NCBI GenBank assembly: GCA_024276675.1
Contig: JAJRWT010000051.1
Location: 21,324 to 85,323, forward strand
DNA length: 64,000 bases
Direction: 5' to 3'
Origin: Myxococcota bacterium
GTDB taxonomy: Bacteria; Myxococcota_A; UBA796; JAFGLY01
Made by a program: the position numbers and the translations under genes. Shown here one piece after another: positions 59,204 to 64,000 of this stretch (its first letter is position 1; every line of letters begins with the position of its first letter). The notes beneath the pieces were generated by a model. It worked only from the letters and a program-made list of their open reading frames with translations, ran no database searches and was not told the origin of the DNA.

Positions 59204-59944
59204 ATGTCGCTCATGGAGCACCTACGAGAGGTCCGGAAACGCCTGATAATCAGTATTTTTGCCATGCTGCTGGGGGTTGTGGGCTGTTTTTTCTTTGCAC
59301 CGCAGATATGGGATCTTCTTGTTGAGCCGATGAACGCGGCGTTGAAGAACCAGGGTAGTGGTACCCTGGCAATCATCACCCCGCTTGAAGGAGTCGTGAC
59401 CTATCTCAAGGTGGCACTGCTTTCGGGGGTGCTCATCGCCAGCCCCGTGATCTTCTACCAGGTTTGGCGATTTGTTGCACCAGGTCTCTACGCCGGTGAA
59501 AAGAAACTGGTTCTTCCCCTGGTGCTGTCTTCCACGGTGTTGTTTCTCGGAGGCATTGCCTTTGGCTATTTCGTGATCTTTGGTTATGCGTTTTCTTTCT
59601 TCCTGTCGGTCACAGGTGACTCCGCGCAGGCGGTACTTTCGATGCAGTCGTACCTGTCCACTGCCACTCGCTTGCTGGGTGCCTTCGGAATCTCTTTCCA
59701 ACTTCCCGTGGTCGTGTTCTTTCTGGCCAGAGTGGGTCTTGTCAATGCACGAGACATGCTGCGAGGCTTCAAATACGCAATAGTCGGTATCTTCGGAGTG
59801 TCTGCAATAATCACTCCGCCAGACATCCTGACGCAGGTCCTGATGGCGATTCCTTTGATATTACTGTATGGAATCGGAATACTGCTTGCCGGAGTTTTTT
59901 CCACAAAGCGAACTCCCAGCAAGGCGGAACCAGCCAGGAATTGA
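59204..59944 (+). CDS. tatC: Twin-arginine translocase subunit TatC
   Basis: MSLMEHLREVRKRLIISIFAML..., six TM segments, FQLPVVVFFLARVGLV. Confidence 0.93.
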   Translation: MSLMEHLREVRKRLIISIFAMLLGVVGCFFFAPQIWDLLVEPMNAALKNQGSGTLAIITPLEGVVTYLKVALLSGVLIASPVIFYQVWRFVAPGLYAGEKKLVLPLVLSSTVLFLGGIAFGYFVIFGYAFSFFLSVTGDSAQAVLSMQSYLSTATRLLGAFGISFQLPVVVFFLARVGLVNARDMLRGFKYAIVGIFGVSAIITPPDILTQVLMAIPLILLYGIGILLAGVFSTKRTPSKAEPARN

Positions 59945-59974
59945 ACAAATCCGTTGCTTGTGGACCTGCCTAGT

Positions 59975-60000
59975 ACGAGTCATGCCTGGCCATGGCTCGT
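59975..60000. terminator. 10-bp hairpin between convergent tatC and tatA (candidate bidirectional terminator, no U-tract)
   Basis: ACGAGTCATG-CCTGGC-CATGGCTCGT: 10 pairs including one G-U, with a 6-nt loop. Confidence 0.3.
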
Positions 60001-60023
60001 GTCCGGCAGTGCTTCAGGGGTTT

Positions 60024-60263
60024 CTACGTGTCTTTCGGGGTCCGGGTTTTTTCAGGCTCGACCTCTTGCGCTTCCTGGTAGTCGTTGCTGTCGAGTTCCT
60101 TGGTGGTGGGATTGCTGCCTTCGGACTGACCTTCCTTGAAGTTCTTGATTCCTTCGCCAAGAGCCTTGCCGATCTCGGGAAGTTTTCCTACTCCGAAGAA
60201 GATCAGGACTATGACGAGAATGATGAGGAGTTCAGGGATTCCAATGGTGGGAAAGAGAGGCAT
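60024..60263 (-). CDS. tatA: Twin-arginine translocase subunit TatA/E
   Basis: From ATG 60263: [45 protein letters not shown], followed by an acidic tail. Confidence 0.92.
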   Translation of the reverse strand: MPLFPTIGIPELLIILVIVLIFFGVGKLPEIGKALGEGIKNFKEGQSEGSNPTTKELDSNDYQEAQEVEPEKTRTPKDT

Positions 60264-60514
60264 GAGTGTAAAGCCTGATTGCATTGGTCTACCGTTTCTT
60301 GCTCTCTGGATTGTGGTGCTTGCAGAAAACCTGAATTTCGAAAACAGTATCCCAGAACGGCGCCTAGAGCCAGTAGCAGGGCTTCCCACATGGCGAAAGG
60401 CCATCGTGGGATGCGGGATTCATCCACAGAGAGCTACCATCCGTCTATTGCTGGACGCCTTCCATCCCAGGCCGCCACGCAGGTTTCCACCTGGCGCCAT
60501 TGGTCTGCCGTCTG

Positions 60515-61060
60515 TCAGGCAGCAACCGGCTTTTCCAGCATCCCGGCCTTGGCGAGTTTCACACTCAACACCGCCGCCTCGATTACAGAGGGACGCCACG
60601 AGAAGGCTGACGCTGCCATGGCCTCCAGGTCTTCCAGAGCTTGTCGGCGGTCTCTCAAGGGAGCGTTTCTGGTGGCAATGGACTGGCTCACCGACAAAAA
60701 CCAAGAGTAGAGCAGGTCGGTCGCCACCATGTCGAAAGCGTCGAGAGCCGGGTGTGGGCCGAGTCCGGTGGCCGGAACTTCGAGTTCGCGCTTTGTAAGG
60801 TAGGGCTCGCCTCCGGCGGCAGCCTGATAGTAGGAACCGATGGCAGCCAGACGACCTTTTTCGAACGTGGCCATGCGGATGGTTGGAGAGCCCGCTGCTT
60901 CCAGGGATGGGATCAACACTTCTTCCAACGCCTGACCAAGTCGGGGATCTGCCTTTACTCGCTGGTAGGCGCTTTGGAAACTGGATCCAGGCGGAGGAAG
61001 TTTGAGAGGAGGGTAGAGTGTGTTCACGGTTTCCTCATTCTGTCGGGTAATGGCAGACAA
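60515..61060 (-). CDS. Hypothetical protein, no recognisable family
   Basis: Protein-like composition and no signal peptide. The track start is TTG 61060. GTG 61027, preceded by GAGGA, is an alternative. Lies 107 nt downstream of the 699-aa gene on the same strand. Confidence 0.5.
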   Translation of the reverse strand: MSAITRQNEETVNTLYPPLKLPPPGSSFQSAYQRVKADPRLGQALEEVLIPSLEAAGSPTIRMATFEKGRLAAIGSYYQAAAGGEPYLTKRELEVPATGLGPHPALDAFDMVATDLLYSWFLSVSQSIATRNAPLRDRRQALEDLEAMAASAFSWRPSVIEAAVLSVKLAKAGMLEKPVAA

Positions 61061-61167
61061 TTTGTAACAGGGGAAATACCTGGGTCGAATTTCCGAAAAA
61101 ATGGAATCTGGACTCGTCGGGCATGATTGTGAGCGTGGCGAGTGAAGCAGGAGCGTCGTGTGGGAGG

Positions 61168-63267
61168 CTATCCGATCACTGCGCAGAGCAAGGCCCGACG
61201 GCTGAAGCCGGGCCAGGTACCTTGCAAGAGCTGTTTTTCGGCTACCCAGAAGGTAGAGCCCGTAAAGGTGTCATGTGCCAGGAAACTGCGCTGTGGTAAG
61301 GTTCCGCGCACGTCGTGAAAACTGAAGGTTCGGCCTCCTCCACCTTCCCAAAAGGCATTGACGGCCACTGATAGACCGAGGTTCAGGTTGACTTCAGCCT
61401 TGTTCAAGAGTTTCTGGATACGTTCCGCCCAGGTTGGCGGAACAGGGCGCGGGAGGACGTGATCAACGGATCTTCCCGACAGGCTGTCTCTGGTGAACCA
61501 GGACCACAGGGTTTCGTCCCAGGAGAGTTCTGCCTCTTGACCCGAGATGTTGGCGATGTACAGAAAATCGTTCATTTCGGCCAACAGCTCGTGTGAATCC
61601 AGACCTGGTCGATCTGTTGACCACGTGGCCTCACGGGCCAGACGCATGGCTTGATCGTTGGGGAATGCCTCGTTGGGAAAGGCTTTTCGGTGAATCTTTC
61701 CACGCACGGCACGGATACCTAGCCGGTAATCGTGTGCATTGTGGGGCCGACCCATGATATAGTCCCTGACAGCGGCAATCTGGGCAAGTGGGATTGTGCC
61801 CGTCAATGCCTCCAGTGCTCCAAAAACCGCGGAGCGTACCAGCGAAGGGTCTCTGGTCACTGGCTGGTTACTTCCGTGTCTGATGAGACTTTCCTCGGTT
61901 TCGCCGGCTATGTGGCCCTGGAGTTGTCCGGCAGGGCACTGGTTTTCCTGGTGGATTCGAAGGGCTTCCATGGGGTCGGCCTCGGTACGTATGACAATGG
62001 CCGAGGTGACATTGCAGGCTACCGTGAATCGTTGTTGGAGGCCGGGTCCCATCTCTGGGTCGGTCTGGAGTACCGTTGTGGATGCCACGAGTTCCTGATC
62101 CCTCTTTTCGCGGATTTCATCCGCGAAGTTTTCGATGTCTTCCATTGTCCCGGTGGCTTCATCCGGGTCAGCCAACTCCAAAGCTCTTGCCGAAAGGGCT
62201 TTCAGGAGCAGAAAAGACTGGTTCAGGCGGGATCTGGTCCCGGTCATCTCCAGGAGGAGCAGGAAACGCAGATAGTGTTGGTCGGAAATGTTTGAGAGAG
62301 CCCTGCCGGCCCGCTCTGCCTGAAGGATGCCCAGGGTCCCCCGACTGGTAAGTGGATTGTTTGGAAGACGGGACAGCGAGACGCCAAGGGCCAAAAGTTC
62401 GCGCAGTCTGGGAGTGAGTCTGGGCAGGTCATTCCGGCCAGTAGCTGCAATGGCATCGATCCTTTCGAGTACTGCCAATCCTCGCTCCGGGTTTGGAGAT
62501 GCCTTGATTCGGGTCTCGATGTTGAGACTCGAACCATCCCCGAGACTTTCCTCCAGCCAGCCCTGAACAAGGGCGATGGAAGAAAAGTCCATTTGGTTCA
62601 ATAGATCTCTCCAGAGTCCCAGCGAGCGGACTTCGGTCAGGGCAGTCCTTCTGTCCTTGGGGCCCAGGCGATGGAGTATTCTGAAGAACATCTGCCAATC
62701 GGGGTTGCCATCGAGCACGCCCGTCAATTCCAACTGGTCAAAGACTGGTACGTGGGCCGCCTTGAGATCGTCGGCAAACAGGGCCTGATCTGCAAGTCCG
62801 GCCCTTAGTTCTTCTTCGTCGAACTCCTGGGTCTGTTCTTCGGGATCATCCAGCCTGTCTTTGTCGTCGTCCGAGGAAAAGAACTCGAATTCCTCGCCGT
62901 ACCTCAGTCCTCCGAAGGCCATGAGCGGGTCAACGGTTCCACGGCCGAAAACGTCCAGCAAAGCAATGCTGTCCAGCAGATCGAAGGTGTCGGTTATGCG
63001 GGCCAGGAGGGCTCGATCAGTCTTGAGAGAGTCTACTTCGGTGATGGACATCGCGGAGAGGATGTCCATGGCCAGTTGAAAGTCGGCAGCATCAACTGCT
63101 TCTGAGAAGCCCTCGATTCTATGTTGCGAGAGAGAGTCGGCGTCGATTTCTTTTTTCCAGAACGGTCGGTTGCTGGAGAGGGAGCGTCTTGGTGTGCGCT
63201 TCGAGTTGGATGCGTGCTTTCTTTTGTGATCCCGAGTTCCATCGGAGTTGCGAGAAGGGCTGGCCAC
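61168..63267 (-). CDS. Large hypothetical protein (699 aa): polybasic N-terminus, acidic tract, unassigned C-terminal domain
   Basis: GTG 63267 lies 8 nt after AAGGAG. N-terminus KRKHASNSKRTPRR. Acidic tract FFSSDDDKDRLDDPEEQTQEFDEEE. No Walker, HExxH or signal-peptide motifs seen. Confidence 0.75.
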   Translation of the reverse strand: MASPSRNSDGTRDHKRKHASNSKRTPRRSLSSNRPFWKKEIDADSLSQHRIEGFSEAVDAADFQLAMDILSAMSITEVDSLKTDRALLARITDTFDLLDSIALLDVFGRGTVDPLMAFGGLRYGEEFEFFSSDDDKDRLDDPEEQTQEFDEEELRAGLADQALFADDLKAAHVPVFDQLELTGVLDGNPDWQMFFRILHRLGPKDRRTALTEVRSLGLWRDLLNQMDFSSIALVQGWLEESLGDGSSLNIETRIKASPNPERGLAVLERIDAIAATGRNDLPRLTPRLRELLALGVSLSRLPNNPLTSRGTLGILQAERAGRALSNISDQHYLRFLLLLEMTGTRSRLNQSFLLLKALSARALELADPDEATGTMEDIENFADEIREKRDQELVASTTVLQTDPEMGPGLQQRFTVACNVTSAIVIRTEADPMEALRIHQENQCPAGQLQGHIAGETEESLIRHGSNQPVTRDPSLVRSAVFGALEALTGTIPLAQIAAVRDYIMGRPHNAHDYRLGIRAVRGKIHRKAFPNEAFPNDQAMRLAREATWSTDRPGLDSHELLAEMNDFLYIANISGQEAELSWDETLWSWFTRDSLSGRSVDHVLPRPVPPTWAERIQKLLNKAEVNLNLGLSVAVNAFWEGGGGRTFSFHDVRGTLPQRSFLAHDTFTGSTFWVAEKQLLQGTWPGFSRRALLCAVIG

Positions 63268-63530
63268 TATGCGGACTCCTTGTTCGGATTGAACTCAATG
63301 CTCGCGCCGGAGTTACACTTCTCTTCTAATGCGGCCTTTGTGGCATTCAAGGTGCATCTGGGAAACCGGGGTGTGAAATCTGGCCATTCCTTTCTGTAAG
63401 GTGCCTTTGTCAGCGTGTTTTCGGTGGCCGACATACCGGTGGCCCTGAAAGGCCATTTGATTTGGGTTACTCCGTCCCATGGAGTTTCCGGAGAGATCCA
63501 TGGGAAGACATCCTGCACCATGTACCACAT
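63267..63530 (-). CDS. Possible small Trp-rich leader ORF (87 aa) overlapping the 699-aa gene start by 1 nt; may instead be 5' UTR
   Basis: Its TAG stop shares its G with the GTG start of the downstream gene. There is no convincing Shine-Dalgarno before ATG 63530, and G/C at third codon positions is lower than in neighbouring genes. Confidence 0.25.
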   Translation of the reverse strand: MWYMVQDVFPWISPETPWDGVTQIKWPFRATGMSATENTLTKAPYRKEWPDFTPRFPRCTLNATKAALEEKCNSGASIEFNPNKESA

Positions 63531-63821
63531 GCCATTGGTTCCGGAAAAGGGGATTGCCGAACGAGAAGTGTCAATTGACGGAAGGTGGTGTCGACGCTAG
63601 GAAGTTCCCATCAGGAAAGTTATCCCGCCGCGGAAGCGACCTCCGTTGTTCAAGCCGGGCAGGCATACCCGTACAACCGCTCGAAACAGCGCCGCCGTAA
63701 CGGAGGGTTGCCCGGAGCCATCTCGAAGACGGCCTGATCAGCCATCTTCGGATGCAAACAGGAAGATTCTTTTGAAGGTTTCCGCTTTCAAGTCCTTGAA
63801 ACAGCTTCAGGAAGGTACAAT

Positions 63822-64000
63822 ATGCGACTTATCCGACATATCGACGAAGAGGTGCTGCAACGCACGATTGAACGGTGTCGAGAGCGAAGGATCATCATCC
63901 CCACATTTGCCCAGCAGATGGACCCCACCCTGATTCCCGACAAGATCCTGTCCAGGCTTTCGACGGTAGGTCTCTGGGACATCGATCCGCTCAACCTTTT
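63822..64000 (+). CDS. PLP-dependent (tryptophan-synthase-beta-fold) lyase/thiolase-like enzyme, N-terminal fragment running off the window
   Basis: Own translation after AGGAAGG: MRLIRHIDEEVLQRTIERCRERRIIIPTFAQQMDPTLIPDKILSRLSTVGLWDIDPLNL. From memory, this resembles the N-termini of 'pyridoxal-5-phosphate-dependent protein beta subunit' family members. Confidence 0.45.
   Translation, partial: MRLIRHIDEEVLQRTIERCRERRIIIPTFAQQMDPTLIPDKILSRLSTVGLWDIDPLNL

Noticed and set aside
61168-61185. C-terminal ...LLCAVIG of the 699-aa protein as a eukaryote-type CaaX prenylation box (host-targeted effector).
   Set aside because: The Cys is five residues, not four, from the C-terminus. There is no other evidence for a eukaryotic host association.

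Overview
GC-rich bacterial chromosomal segment, densely coding (about 50 genes). I found no rRNA, tRNA, CRISPR array, transposase, integrase or phage genes. lpxC, tatA/tatC and a candidate outer-membrane barrel indicate a diderm organism. PEGA, lamin-tail and 'DQDCDG' Cys/Asp motifs, plus many exported proteins with a Cys just after the signal peptide, resemble Myxococcota-like lineages (inference only).

Housekeeping genes:
- yebC-ruvC-ruvA-ruvB-DUF192, then lpxC
- radA, ubiB, proS (archaeal/eukaryote-like type), tkt
- a class A PBP and tatC/tatA

Accessory blocks of interest:
1. A methyltransferase / B12-radical-SAM / HAD cassette.
2. A lipoprotein with three lamin-tail domains, four Cys/Asp motifs, a C-terminal CXXCH module and a (TD)11 hexanucleotide-repeat linker.
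3. Three arylsulfotransferase-like beta-propeller paralogs.
4. An 11-gene MoxR/DUF58/VWA 'Bat' (aerotolerance-type) operon, extended by a TlpA-thioredoxin::BatD-like fusion and a TPR-parvulin.
5. A DsbA-like protein lacking the first Cys of CXXC, followed by YeeE and a small Cys-containing exported protein.
6. A GH57-like protein with degenerate catalytic motifs.
7. An SCPx-type thiolase-fold protein lacking the nucleophilic Cys, paired with a DUF35 protein.
8. Two FGE/SUMF1-fold exported paralogs flanking a TPR + putative beta-barrel protein (Slam/T11SS-like architecture).
9. A minus-strand operon of proteins I cannot assign to any family (699 aa, 181 aa, possibly an 87-aa leader ORF).

My best candidates for an undescribed system are blocks 8, 4 and 9. 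All functional calls rest on motif recognition by eye; no searches were run. Many long ORFs in the track are antisense or out-of-frame artefacts of high GC and were not called.
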